A stretch of DNA of 64,000 nucleotides, taken from the NCBI GenBank assembly GCA_964016885.1, contig OZ024743.1:70246001-70310000 (forward strand). The letters run 5' to 3'. Below, in pieces: positions 27,421 through 43,558 of this stretch (position 1 is the stretch's first letter; each line of letters opens with the position of its first letter). The position numbers were made by a program, and so were the translations under genes. The notes under the pieces are model-generated. The model worked only from the letters and a program-made list of their open reading frames with translations. It had not been told where the DNA came from and made no database searches. The DNA comes from Eledone cirrhosa. Its lineage: Eukaryota.

Positions 27421-28228
27421 TCACTATTGAATATATATGAAATGTAAAATTATATAAGATATAACATAAATTAGGCGGCGAATTGGCCGAGTCGGATAAA
27501 ATACGTTGAGGTATTTGTTCCAGCTCTCTCCTCACTGAGTTCAAATACTGCCGTGATCAACTTTGCCTTTCATCTGTTCGGGGTCGATAAAAATATTACA
27601 AGTCTAGTACTGGAATCAATTCTTCCAATATATCCCCTTTTCACTTCCTCTCTATCACCTTCTATTTTTCTCTGGAAAAAATCTATTGCTTTCAGACCTG
27701 GAAAGTATTGGTCTCCGCCATGTTTAAAAAGGCCTTATATCAATACAGTGCCCCAATGACTTCATCAGGAATTACAGGACCATGCCATAAATTAGATGGG
27801 GAACCCAGCCCTTTTTTTCAGTTATGTCACATTAATTTACTTGTACGCTGCGATTTCTATTTATATTGAGAAAGCTGGTCGATGTGAGCAGTCCAAGAGA
27901 ATAATATTTAGATTCCCTAATGAGATGATACATATAGGATATCACTAACATGTTTCTCACATCCTTTTCTTATGTTAACTGAGTTTATTTTCCTTATAAG
28001 AAGCCAGATATTTTAATCTATATATGCATGTCTCTGTATTAACTTTTTCAAATTATTTTGCTGTTGGAATACTCTTGTCAATTAATTTGTAAGTTTTATC
28101 TTTCCTATCGTTGTGATGATTTATTGTCTGTTTGCATGAATTTCCCGGTTTCTGCTAACTGGGAAGCCCCGCAGTATTGTTACATTATCTGCTTCCATTA
28201 CTCTGGTGTTCATCCTACTTGATGACTG

Positions 28229-28324
<96 letters not shown>

Positions 28325-29531
28325 TGCGCGTGTGTGTGTTACGTCATTGTATTTCTACCAGCACAGTTATTAGCCTCATCTGTCATGGCGTTTCTTTTAC
28401 TTATTTGGTGTCAATCAATACCGGACAGCTTGAAATAAGATCTATTTTTTCATCATATTGGTGTCAAAACCTCAATTTTTGGATCTGTATCATTTTTGAT
28501 AGGTTCTTGGGTTCTTGGCAATTTCTGGTAAACATTTGTCTCGTGCTGCCCATTTTAATCCTTCTGTTTTTTAATTTGTTCCTGAACTCATCAGTCACTG
28601 ATAGGTTGCTTTAGGGTCTGTCTAAAAATTGTTGCTTCAGACTATACATATTGTCTATGCAGACGTTTTTGGCCATATCAATCTTCTAATTTTTCTTGCA
28701 TTTCCGCTCACTGCTTGATGATTTAAATCTTCACGACGGCAGTTGTTCGCTGTGTGATTGAACTTTGTGGAGAGAGATATCACATGTTAATGCGCAGTCT
28801 GCAACTGGTGGAGTTTAGCGTCACAAGAGTTGTTTGCTGTTGCTCACTTAGTTCAAAGTTTATATTGAATTCAATTGTCTATTTTCCACATTCCTTTGCA
28901 ACTGAGTGGAGCTTGGTAAAACTGAAACAAAATGTTTGCAGCATTTCTTTAAGGAGCTTTATGTTCAAATGTCAAATTCCATAGTGGCCAAACTTTCCTT
29001 TTCACCCTTCCGAGAGCGATGAATGTCAAGTACTGTGATCGATACAATCGACTTTTCCTTCCTTTCAAATTCCTGGCCTTGTGCCAAAAGTAGAGACAAT
29101 TATTATTACTACTATTAATATTACTGAGGGTGGTGGATAGCTAGGATCAGTAGAGCGTCGGAAACATGGTTTGCGGCTTACAGTTACGACACTTTACGAT
29201 CTGATCAATAAAATGAATTACCACTAACGCACTGGGGTCAATTTTAATCGACTTTCTACTTCTTTCAAATTGCAGGCCTTGTGTCAAATATATAAACACA
29301 TTATTATCAGCATCATCGTCATCATATGTGTAAGTATATAAGTAGTTCTGTAGTAATTTATATGAGTACTATGTATGAATTCATATATAGTATATATCTT
29401 TTCTTTTTATTCGTAATTATTAATGCATATATTACAAAGCTCCTTTCAAAATCATGAAAAGGCAAAAATACATTGTTACATTATATAAATAATCACTGGA
29501 ATTAGATTAGGGAATACATGGAAGTTACACA

Positions 29532-31590
<2,059 letters not shown>

Positions 31591-31931
31591 AACATGTGTG
31601 TTTGTCAAATAACGAATATGTAACTCGACATACTTCTAACACATGGCTGCATTTATCACATTTATATTTTTGAAGAATAATATAAATATCCCACACCACC
31701 ACCACCCGGTTGACTGAATACATACGCAGTTCACTTTACGTCTTTATACTTCATCTTTTATTTCTCATTCTCTCTTCCCATGAAGGACTAGAATCCAAAA
31801 CGTTAAGATACTTTTCGTATTATATCAACCTTTAAACATATATATTTCTTCAAAGTACTCTTACGTTTGTTTTGTTTACTTTTTGCATATATATATATAT
31901 ATACACACACACACATTCATATATATATATA

Positions 31932-32083
31932 TAACAAAGGAATTGTGGTAAGGAACCAGATGGACCATAACGCACCAGAGTACTCAATACTTAGGGTAGT
32001 AGGGTGTGAAATAGGAAAAAGTATGACCCCGATTGCAGAGCTCAAGCTTGAGCTCTGCCGTCGAGGTCATACTTTTTCCTATA
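31932..32083. mobile_element. PLE-type terminus family A, inverted duplication
   Basis: Palindrome 32011-32082 centred on gagctc-aagctt-gagctc, tail on the minus strand, flanked by (TA)n. Confidence 0.65.
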
Positions 32084-32276
32084 TATATATATATATATAT
32101 TTACATATATATATATATATTTACATATATATATATATATATATTTATTTATTAAAATAACAGATTAAAGTTTAAGCAAAGAATCGCTGCTTTCACCCTT
32201 AACGGGATCTTCTGAGACTAACAAAATCAATCTGTAAACGCAGAACTGGGGATATTTACATATATATATATATATT

Positions 32277-32362
<86 letters not shown>

Positions 32363-32379
32363 TATATATATATATTTAC

Positions 32380-32419
<40 letters not shown>

Positions 32420-32760
32420 TGTTAGACTTTAGGAGGTCCATGCTGCGAATAAAATACGGCGCACCTGTTGGGTTAGGTGTAACAAAAGTATGATGATGTA
32501 AAACAGAACAAAGATGAGACACAAAGTTAGATTGGATATAGCCACTGAGGAGGTCACAGAATATGTGATGAAAGAACTTTGACAACTACCTCACCCAGTT
32601 ATATAGAACTAACCGACTGAGAAATTATAATAATAAATTGAAGCGGAACAGAACAGGGCTGTCTTTTTATTGGCAGCATGACCCTCCCAAAGTATAACAA
32701 TATCTGTTTCAACACACTTTTTCAGATAAAAAATCTTGCAAAGCAAGGTCAAAATATATA

Positions 32761-32837
32761 CAGGGTGTCCCAAAAAATGTATACACACTTTGATTAGAAT
32801 TGTGTTGAATTGTGTATACATTATTTTGGACAACCTG
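32761..32837. mobile_element. 77-bp Tc1/mariner-type MITE
   Basis: TA|cagggtgtcccaaaaaatgtatacaca ... tgtgtatacattattttggacaacctg|TA. Confidence 0.75.
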
Positions 32838-33169
32838 TATATATATATTTATATATGTGTGTATGTGTTTTTTTTTTTGGGGGGGGGGGGTACACATGGC
32901 CTATGTGGCCCTTTCTTTAAAGGAGCCGAGACTTGATTTCCTCGAAATTTTCTACAGAATAACTCGCAAATCCCAAACTGAAATAAAATGTCTTTTTATC
33001 AATCCGCGATACATAGCACAAATCACTCACTATACAACTTAAAATAAATATCGTGTACTACTTTAACCTTTGATCTACCTCTCTACCCGTATTCTATGTT
33101 GTGTAATGCTCTGATCTCTACAGGCTTAGATTTAGAGTTAACTTTTGATGTTGATTCAGATTGCACGCA

Positions 33170-33730
33170 GAATTAGGCCATGCGCTAATGATCAGATGGA
33201 CCACATGCTAAATTGAACATGGCCATGTAGATCGTGTGCTAATGTTGAAGTCACCAGGGGAAACACGCGATGAATTCTAAATGACAAGATGGACTAGTCG
33301 CTAAAGTGCAGGTAGATCACGCTCTGAAGAGTAAACGACCAGATAAACAACGTACCGAAAATTAAATGTCCAAGGGAACCCGTCGCTAAAGTGTAGATGA
33401 TCAGGTATATCGTGTGCTCAAGTTAAAATGAACAGGTACACCATGTGCGAAAGTTTAAATCACTAGATGGAAGTGTGATAAAATGTACATGACCAGGTAG
33501 ACCATGGGATACAATTTAAAGGACCAAGTAGACAGCGCGCTAAAGAGTAAAGGACTAGAAATTCCACACAGTAAAGTGTAAAAGACCAGTTAGAATATAT
33601 GCTAGAGTGGAATTGGCCAGGTAGATTACGCGTTAAAATATAAATAACCAGGTAGACCACACACTAAAGTGTAATTGAAGAGTTAGCCCAAACACTAAAG
33701 TGTAAATGATCAGGTATACACGCTCTAACA
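33170..33730. repeat. Diverged 31-bp tandem array (~18 units)
   Basis: Consensus ~ccaggtagaccacgcgctaaagtgtaaatga. Unit starts at 33308, 33339, 33370, 33401, 33432, 33463, 33493, 33524, 33555, 33586, 33617, 33648, 33679, 33710. Confidence 0.85.
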
Positions 33731-33810
33731 TGGCAGCAAATATTGTTTTCTATCATTCTTGGCTGCAAAGATAACAATTTTTATTATTATTATTATTCTC
33801 CTATTTACTA

Positions 33811-34214
33811 GGGTGGTGGATTGGCAGTATCGGTAGAGGATCGGACGCCATTCTTTGCAGCATAGAGTTCTGGCCCTTTATGATCTGAGTTAAAATCCCG
33901 CCAAGGTTAACTTTGCCTTTCATCCTTACGGGGTCGATAAAATGAAGTACCAGTCACGCACTTTCTCCAAAATTGCTGGCCTTGTGACTATATCAGAAAC
34001 CATTATTATCATATTTACTAGGGTGGTGGATTCGCAGTATCGGTAGACGGTCGCACGCCATGCTTTGCAGCAAAGAGTTACGGCCATTTATGGTCTGAGT
34101 TCAAATGCCGCCGAGATTAACTTTGCCTTTTATCCTTACGGGGTCGATAAAATAAAGTACCAGTAACACACTGGGATAATTGCTGGCCTTGTGCCAAAAG
34201 TAGAAACAATTATT
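33811..34214 (+). mobile_element. Tandem pair of S1 SINEs
   Basis: Copies start at 33811 and 34021. tatttacta occurs before, between and after them. Confidence 0.88.
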
Positions 34215-34279
34215 ATCTTATTTACTAACAAACCTATTCGCAAATATTAGCTCAATATTTAGTATTGTTCGTAAACTGT

Positions 34280-34500
34280 TTAGAAAGACTGACACATTGA
34301 ACTCCTTAGATATGTCTTCATTATATTAAGGCACCTGAAGTTAAGCTCTGTAGAACAAGATGTAGCAGAAAAGGTTGCCAAGATACTAGTGAATTTGTTG
34401 AAGACTATTTGTATGCAATGATGATCGTTCTTGTAAACAGTTTTTACAATATTAAATGTAGAAGCAAGGATAGTCCACAAAGCAACCTTTCTCTTTTCTA
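34280..34500 (-). pseudogene. hAT transposase C-terminal dimerisation-domain relic
   Basis: ILATFSATSCSTELNFRCLNIMKTYLRSSMCQ resembles the hAT consensus xPxTSCSxERSFSxLxxIKTYLRSTMxQ. Confidence 0.7.
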
Positions 34501-35670
34501 TAATATAAAATGACAGGAAAGAATTAACTTCTAAAAAACACACCAAAAAAATCTCAAGAATTTTTATTTTATTTTTTTTGCAATTTATCATGGCTTGCTT
34601 ACACTTCATGTCCCACATACTTACACACACACATACGCTCATACAGACAGACAGACACACCCACTCACACACTCAAACTCACACATACACACTCATACAT
34701 ACACACACACAAACATGCACACAAATATACACTTATACACACACACATACGCTCATATTCACAGACAGACATACCCACTCACACTCTCAAACTCACACAC
34801 ACACACGCAAATACACTCACACACACACACACTTACAAACATACACACAAATATACACTTATACACACACACATACGCTCATATTCACAGACAGACACAC
34901 CCACTCACTCACTCAAACTCACACACACACACACTCATACATACACACGCACACACACTCACACAAACATACACATAAAACATACGCTTACACACAGAAG
35001 GATATTTTTTAAATACGACAGATAATAGAGGCATACGCATTTCGTACTAAATGTCCACAGATAGAATTAATGTTATTAAACCTAATACAAGACGTAGTGC
35101 AAACATTCGTCTTATGTTGTAAGATACCATTATTGCATTGATATATTTTTGTTAAGAAATTGAATTAGTATATTTCTGTTGCTAATGAAAAAAAAACTGA
35201 AGTGTTACATAAAGTATGAAACATTAAGATATAGTGCTACAGAATGAAAAACAAAACAAAAAAGTACTAAGATGACTGACTGAATAAGCACGTGTGTTTT
35301 CCCCCTTTCTCAATTTTTTTCCCTTCCTTCTTCTCACTGTTTATCTTTCTAGTTTATCTTTTATTTTAAAATCTAGGATGAAATACCTGTGTCCAAAATG
35401 TTAAGGTACTTTTCCTGCTATTCTAAGTGTTAAACTAATATATTTTTTAAATGTACTCTGTCGTTTGCTTTGTTATTTCTGTTTACATTTTACATATATA
35501 TGTGGACAGGGGTGGGTCTCTGAGTGTGTGTGTGTGTCTGAGAGTATGTGAGTGTCTGAATGTGTAACTGTGTGTGTATGTGTATTATTTTTAAAAGTTA
35601 ATTCGTATTGAAGAAATTCCATAAAAGTTTGTGCCGACTAAGTTTCTTCCTGTGATTTCTATTTACTTTT

Positions 35671-35738
<68 letters not shown>

Positions 35739-36699
35739 CGGAGTGAGTCTCTGGGTGTGTTTGCGTGTCTTCGTGTGTGTTTGAGTGTGTGTGTATGTGT
35801 ATGTGTGTGAGAGAGAGAGAGAGAGTGTGTGTGTCTGTGTGTGAATTACTTATAAAAGTTAATTCGTATTGAAGAAATTCCATAAATTTGTGTGGTGACT
35901 AAGGTTCTTCCTGTGACATTAGATTGGAGATTGGTTGTTTTACATTTCGGAAGCGAGCACCTTGATGACATTTCCTCTTACAACTGTTTGTGTCTTTCGC
36001 ACTTCCGTTATGCCTGGGTATCTTCACTGTGTGGTAACATTTCGTTAGGATTTGTTTAGTGGTGGCATTTCGAGGTTATTATTACAATAAACAAAGGAAA
36101 TTATTCTGCCTTGTGGTCCTGATGGACAAAATAGTGAACGTTTTATGTTGAAGAATGGTTAGGTAGAAGCGTTGAAAGAACCAATTCTTCTAGTGGGCTA
36201 GTTCTTACGGCTAACCCTTTCACTCACAATGTCACTATAAACAACAATATATCCTGATATCCTAAGCAGAGAAACAACCAGGAACATGAAGGTTACTGCA
36301 AGAATATAATCTCAAATTGTATCCTTGGGAGAAAACCGTCAACAGGAGCTGTTGAATAAGGCTGGATTTAAATTCATACGGCCGGTACCACTTGAAGCAA
36401 CATTAGCAGGATATACTTGAAAGTATAAAATAACACTGAGAATGCGTCCCATTAAGAAGTAACGTCTTTACTTTAAGACTACAAAGTTTCGCTGCAATTT
36501 CTGCATTAGTAAAGATACTAGAAACATTTGAATTATCAAACTGCAAAAAAAAGAAACACTAATTTGCAAAAACATTTTGAAAAATCTGAAACAATTCTAT
36601 GGTAGCCTCCAGTTAAATCGTAAATCTTTCTTCAAATGCTACAAAATTTAACAACAATCTATTTACATTTAAAGACACTAAATATTTGAATTAACAATT

Positions 36700-37020
36700 G
36701 AAATGTCCGTCCGGATGACTGGGTGCGAATCTATAAACCTCGAAAAGTACCTAACCGATTTTCTCCAAATGGAAGAAAAATCATACTCTAAGATTTAGTA
36801 CGCTTAAAGATATCCAGCTGATTTTTTTCAGATGTTGCACATGCATGCAGATGTTTCACGATTCGGACCTGCTGGTGTTCTACGTTTCCAGTAGATGAAC
36901 AATCATTTCCTGAGAATAAGGGAATTCAAAAAGTACATAGCTACATTCTTCAATCTTTGTATGTGCGTGTTGCTATTTCACGTTTCCTACCCCGTGCAAC
37001 GCCGGGTCCTGCTGCTATTA
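36700..37020 (+). mobile_element. Degenerate non-autonomous Helitron
   Basis: 3' end cccgtgcaacgccgggtcctgctgcta resembles the 41.9-kb Helitron end. The segment ctcgaaaagtacctaaccgatttt is shared. Confidence 0.55.
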
Positions 37021-37917
37021 TATAATGTTTTTTTAATGGGCAATAAAATTATTATTATTAGATTCGCCAGCTGCTGTGTCAATATGAATCACTTACAATA
37101 AAATTTCGCTGAAGATAGATTAGCAAAATTTAATAAGCGTGTGGGGGAGGGAGGGGGGGGTGCAATACAATCTGAAACGGAATAAGCGTGGGAAGGGGAC
37201 AATTATTGGAGACCTGAGAGAATTTAAGCAATTCGTTTTTTTTGTTCTATCTTAGAACGTGCAGGCTGTTCTCTTGTTAAAAAAAATAAAACAGTCATTG
37301 TCGAGACTGACGAAGGTCCACTACACACATCAGTGATATCAAGACTGTCTGATCAGGTGGAGGTACACAGCATTGGATCTTTTAAGGATAATATCAACAC
37401 ATTACGATATTTAACAAAGATTTCTGGGCTTTTGTTGCTGTTATTTTATTTTGTTTTACTTTGTTCTGTGAAATTTCATCTGAAGAGCGATTAGTAATAG
37501 CTACACGTAAAACGTCTCGATTTCAACTTCAAAAGATTAGGTATGGACCTATATGTGTGCTGTGCCTGTGTAGTTGTGTATGAGTATGTGTGTATGTGTA
37601 TGTGTGTCTATGTGTATTTGTGTGTCTATGAATATATACATATATATATGGAAAAGAATGAAACGAAATTTCATTTCTCACTCTTAGTACGGCTGATACT
37701 TAAATGTAAGTATGTATGTATAGGTACATACATATATGTATACAGACGTACGGTAGTATGTATATATATACATACATGCACACATATATATATGTACGTA
37801 TGGGTTTACCGAATATTTATTATAATGTTCGGTTTGTTTGTAAACAAACAGCCCGAATTACGTTTATGTTTAGCAATATATATATATATATATATATAGC
37901 AATATATATATACATAT

Positions 37918-37952
<35 letters not shown>

Positions 37953-38235
37953 CACACACATATATATATATATATATATAACTACTTGTGAGTGTGTTTG
38001 TGTGTGTTTGTGTGTGTGTATGTGTTTGTGTGTGTTTGTGTGTGTTTGTGTGTGTTTGTATGTGTGTGTTTGTGTATGCATGTTTGTGTGTGTGCGTGTG
38101 TGTATTGTAGAATATATCACGAGATTTTTAGTCAAAATTGGGTATATATAGTTAGATATAAACACCTTGTCTGTTTATAAAAACCAAACTTAATGCATCA
38201 ATAATTCATACACATATATATACACACATACACAT

Positions 38236-38340
<105 letters not shown>

Positions 38341-38348
38341 ACATATGT

Positions 38349-38410
<62 letters not shown>

Positions 38411-38511
38411 ATATATATGTATATATAAATATGTATGCTTGTATATATATATATATATATATACACACACATATATATACATGTATATATGTATATATAA
38501 ATATGTATGCT

Positions 38512-38551
<40 letters not shown>

Positions 38552-38575
38552 AGAGAGTATTGAAGTTTGCTTGAA

Positions 38576-38992
38576 ACATTGTGGAATAATAAGGTATATT
38601 TTCTTTTGGTCGTTTTGGAAGCCTCAACAATGCAGATGGCTAATTCTCCGAGTAAAAAGATCTGGTGGTGGAGAGAGAGATGTAAGGGAGTGTAGAATGA
38701 GATGTATAGTGTGTAGAGGAACGTAGGAAAGAGCGTAAAAAATAAAAACAATAACACGAGATAGAGTTACCTTGGGAGAGATTTAATTGTACCTATATTT
38801 TGGATTCACATCCATCAACTGGGGGGTGGGGGCTTTCCGGGGGGGGGGGGGGGGGGGGGGGGTTATGTCGGAGAAGAGCGATACGTGTCCTCTGCTGTTC
38901 GCTGTTTTGAATATCAGATATTCGAAACAACGAACAGCAGAGGACACGTATTAGCCATCTGCATTGTTGAGGCATCCAAAACGACCAAAAGA

Positions 38993-38995
<3 letters not shown>
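38576..38995. repeat. Nested inverted repeats, probably PLE termini
   Basis: Outer arms ~38601-38644 and 38950-38993. Inner palindrome 38882-38950 centred on gaatatc-a-gatattc-GAAAC. Confidence 0.65.
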
Positions 38996-39034
<39 letters not shown>

Positions 39035-39400
39035 AAGTTAAATAAATCTATATATGTATATATATATATATCAGTGGCGAAGGGTAACCTGGAAAGCAGG
39101 GCATGCAGTCCAATCGCCATGGCCCATGGCGGAAAGTGGGGCTGTGCAGCCTTGCCCCCCCCCCCCCAAAAAAAGTTCCCTCTAAATGACCATCCCGGTC
39201 AAAGCTGCATGTAGTGTTATCTAGTGTGTGTGTGTTTGTGTGTGTGTGTCTGTTATCTTTTATGTGTCTACGATTTAGTAAGCAGCCAAAATTCTGTTTG
39301 CTTCAACCGACATAATTGATCAACTCAAGATTTTATAACGTATGCACTGCATGCACGCACCCTTCGCCCCCTGATATATGTGTATATATATGTATATACA

Positions 39401-39467
<67 letters not shown>

Positions 39468-39563
39468 ATATTTAAATATGCTCACATATATATATATATA
39501 CATATATATTTATATATATACATATATATTTATATATATACATATATATATATGTATATATAT

Positions 39564-39615
<52 letters not shown>

Positions 39616-39743
39616 CATATATATATCCATATATATATATATGTATATATGTATGTATATACATATATATACATATATATATATACACATATATATATAT
39701 ATAAATGGAAAAAATGAAATTTCATTTCTCACTGATTTATATA

Positions 39744-39776
<33 letters not shown>

Positions 39777-39891
39777 TAATAAAAGGAATTCCAACTTTGT
39801 CTGATTTACTCGTTTTATTTACAATCCTTTAAAATTTATAATGGTATTAGAATGAAATAGTATGGTAGAATATTAAACGTTAAGTGTTAAT

Positions 39892-39930
39892 TGAACAAGT
39901 ACTTTCATGCTTTCGCAATCTTCAGGTTCA
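39892..39930 (-). ncRNA. Minimal type I hammerhead ribozyme (PLE-type)
   Basis: Minus strand reads tgaac-CTGAAGA-t-tgc-gaaa-gca-t-GAAA-gtac-TT-gttca. Stem I is 5 bp, stem II has a GAAA loop, and stem III is 1 bp with a palindromic GTAC loop. The core is intact. Confidence 0.8.
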
Positions 39931-39992
39931 TAATGTGTGGTGACAGTCAAGTTTGCAATTTTCAACTGTAATGAGATGGATAAATTTGGTGC

Positions 39993-40090
39993 CTTATATA
40001 CAGTGAAAAGTGGCTCCAGAATACTAAATCTTGCAAACTGTATTTCGACCAATCGGTGTGTAGTTTCACTGGAGTACTAAAGCTGATTGG
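39993..40090 (-). promoter_or_regulatory. Candidate Pol II promoter (CCAAT boxes and TATA) upstream of the hammerhead
   Basis: Minus-strand TATATAAG at 39993-40000, with CCAAT motifs at 40049-40053 (+) and 40086-40090 (-). Motif evidence only. Confidence 0.35.
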
Positions 40091-41046
40091 TTTAGGCGTC
40101 ACGGTTGGTTGAGCATGTCTAACGACTACTAATTGACCCTATTGAAAGCATGAAAGTACTTGTTCAATTAACACTTAACATTTAATATTCTACCATACTA
40201 TTTCATTCTAATACCATTATACATTTTAAAGGGTTGTAAATAAAACGAGAAAATCAGACAAAGTTGGAATTCCTTTTATTAATATAATCTTCTATACCCA
40301 ATCATACACACTCATGTATTTTTATCTATCTATCTATCTATCTAAAATAAAGTTAAATAAAAGTCAAAATGATTAAAATTTAGCTTCGTTTATTACTGCT
40401 ATATATATATTTGAGTGACAGCCATCCTTGGCTGTGACCTCTTCAGGCAGTTTGAATTAGTATAGTATAGACAAGTACATATGTTGTTTAGGTGTATAAT
40501 ATTGTCAATACTCTGATATGCCCAGTTCCTTGTTTGGTTGTTAATTCACTGACGAACTGGAGTCATATGAATTCAAACGAACGAATTTCAGTGTCAAAGG
40601 TCCCCTTCTCCTCTCATTGGTCAGTTATTAGAACATTCCTCATTCTAAGTGTTGTTATTGTTGGAGTTAGCTTAAAAATTGATAAAATGGTAGAGGGGAC
40701 AAGGTGTTAAAGGAACAAAATAACAAGAAAAGTGTCAAACTTCCCATTGGTCAGTTCTGCGAGCATTCCTCAGTCAGAAGTCTATAGAATCCTTTCTGGG
40801 GTGAGGCTCCCTGTAGTGTTTTTGCCTGCTATTGTTCAGTACATTTGACCTCCACCATTATTTTGGTACTGTTGTTGGTGTAGTGGTCAGCTTATATCTT
40901 GCTGCTGCTAACAATTTAGAAGCATCATTTGACTTTTATTTAACTTTATTTTACAATACTCCGGAGTAGCCAAACCAACCTGCGGACTTCGTCGAGTGCT
41001 CCAGCCTGCATATTGAGGTGTTGGTATACAACCAACATAAACTCAA

Positions 41047-41126
<80 letters not shown>

Positions 41127-41872
41127 GTATTTGGTGTATATGTGTACGGTGTATGTGTATGTGTATATGTTTATGGATATATGTGTGTATGGTGTGTAGT
41201 GCTGGTGTATGCAATATTAATAGTGCCATTACCTCGATATTTTGTCATCATATACCGTTGTTTTAGTGTTTACTTATGTTGACGTCTATAAGAAATCTAG
41301 GTAACATATTTATCACGTCTTCTGATATATATGAGGTCTATACACAGCCGCCATTAACATCTCCACCGCTGCTACTACAAATACTACTACCACTGTCATC
41401 TACAACTACGACCACCACCACCACAACAACAACAACCACAACTACGTCCACCACCCTCGCCACCTTCACCACAACAACCACCACCACCTCAGTCACTACC
41501 ACCATCACCACCACCACCATGACCACCTGTCTGTGTATGTTATAAGTTATTTTGTCACACAAATTAGTCTATGTATCTGTGCTAGAGTCTATAAAGGCCA
41601 TTACACCAATTGAACCCAGAATTCCTTTTTAAATACGTATAGTAATTTTGATTTAAGCACAACGCCACCAATTAGGGAGTGGCGGAAAGTCCATTAGATG
41701 GAAACCAATGCTAAGCATATACTTTAATTTACAAACCCCTCATCGATAAAATTCTAAATTGACTCCGGTGGGATTTGAACTCACAACTTAAAGGGGTGTA
41801 ACTAAATGCTCAAATAATTGTGTCTGACGCTCTAACGATTCTGTCAATCCACCGGCGCTTTATAAATACTTA

Positions 41873-42459
41873 CTAGCAGTGGTACCCGGCGTTCCACGGG
41901 ATAAGTCATTTTGGAACGCGGGCCGCCAACAGACCTAATCGTGGAATAACTGCATGCCTGGACAATATGCAAAGAAAATAAACCGAATACTCTGATCTTT
42001 AAGATTTTCCTCGATGAAGCAGGAAAAATGTAGGTTTTCACCTAATGCGGGCCCTAGGGTATCAAGAAAATGAATTTTTTTATGTGCATAATATGCCTTG
42101 AAATTTAGGGAAAATTGGCTAGACGTAACGCCTCAAAAAACCCTAAAAAACTGAAAAATGAAGTTTTTCACCTAATGCGGGCCCTAGGCCATAAAAAAAG
42201 TTGGATTTTCTTTGCTCACGGTATGAAGAAGAGACTGACTAATACATATTTACAATTTCAAGAAAATCGGTCTGACGTAACGCCTCAAAAAAACCCAAAA
42301 TGCTGAAAAATACGCAGTTTTTCACCTAATGCGGATCCTAGGGGATCAAAAAGTTGAATTGTATATGTGCATAACACTCCCTGAAACATAAGTAATACAC
42401 ATAAAGTTTGAAAAAAGTCGGTTGGGTACTTCTCGAGTTATAGGGATTCAAACTCACAG

Positions 42460-42492
<33 letters not shown>

Positions 42493-42815
42493 CATACACA
42501 CATACAGACATCCTCAGGGAAGTGACGTAATGCAGACAGCCAGACATACAGACAGATATTATAAGGGCGCGACGTTATATGTATGTATCTATCTAAAAAG
42601 AGAAAGACTAAGAATTATAGAGAGAGATCTCTAAATCGCCTACTGCGGTCCCTAGAGCATTGAAAATTTGAAATTTGTTTTACTCAGAACACTCCCTGAA
42701 ACATAAGTATTACATGTGTAAAGTTTGAAAATAGTCGGTTGGGTACTTCTCGAATTTTAGGGATTCAAACTCACACACACACACAGACAGACATCCTCAG
42801 TTTTACATATATAGA
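41873..42815 (-). mobile_element. Non-autonomous Helitron
   Basis: Minus strand A|TCTATATATG..GTCTGTCTGT.. ends CCCGTGGAACGCCGGG (hairpin)-TACCACTG-CTAG|T. It has 5'-TC, 3'-CTAG, an AT target and no TSD. Internal repeats cacctaatgcgggccctagg are present. Confidence 0.8.
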
Positions 42816-43180
42816 TAATTGTTTCTACTTTTGGCACAAAGCCAGCAATTATTCCCGTGTATTACCGGTACTTTATTTTATCGACCCCGTAACGATGAAA
42901 GGCAAAGTTAACCTCGGCGGGATTTGAACTCAGAATGACAAGAACCGTAACTCCATGCGTCAAAGCATAGTGTCCGACCCTCTACCGATACTGCCAATAA
43001 TTGTGTTTACTTTTGGCACAAGGCCAGCAATTATACCAGTGTATTACTGGTACTTTATTTTATCGACTCCGTAAGGATGAAAGGCAAAGTTAACCTCGGC
43101 GGGATTTGAACTCAAACCGTAAAGGGACGTAACTCTATGCTACAAAGCATGGCGTTCGATCCTCTACTAATACTGCCAAT
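42816..43180 (-). mobile_element. Tandem pair of S1 SINEs
   Basis: Two head-to-tail consensus copies. Confidence 0.85.
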
Positions 43181-43334
43181 AATGCTACGAAGAAAGCGGT
43201 GAGTTGACTGAGTCTTTAACACATTGGATAAAATGAGCTTATAGTATTATTTCCATGTCTCTGTATCACGAATTCAAATCCCATAGTGGTCAACTTTGCA
43301 TTTCATCATTTCAACCTTGACGTCACTCCATATT

Positions 43335-43338
<4 letters not shown>

Positions 43339-43412
<74 letters not shown>

Positions 43413-43466
43413 CTATATGTCTCTCTCTCTCTATCTATCTCCACCTGTCTCTCACACACACACATT

Positions 43467-43497
<31 letters not shown>

Positions 43498-43515
43498 CTC
43501 GCTCTCTCTCTCTCT

Positions 43516-43558
<43 letters not shown>

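Larger units (their letters stand above)
39772..40285. mobile_element. PLE pseudo-LTR with ~140-bp inverted arms
   Basis: 39772-39914 is inverted at 40144-40285. It contains an intact HHR and lies beside (TA)n. Confidence 0.7.

Noticed and set aside
27850-28950. Possible very old LINE RT relic on the minus strand
   Set aside because: Only vague motif resemblance, too degraded to call by eye.
31775-31815. Hammerhead (also 35375-35410 and 37480-37525)
   Set aside because: Core nucleotides are too degenerate. At most these are fossil PLE termini.
33170-33730. CRISPR-like array
   Set aside because: The units are contiguous and degenerate with no unique spacers, there are no cas genes, and the context is eukaryotic.
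38821-38862. G-quadruplex or regulatory poly-G
   Set aside because: A homopolymer run inside repeat debris with no evidence of function, and its length is prone to sequencing error.
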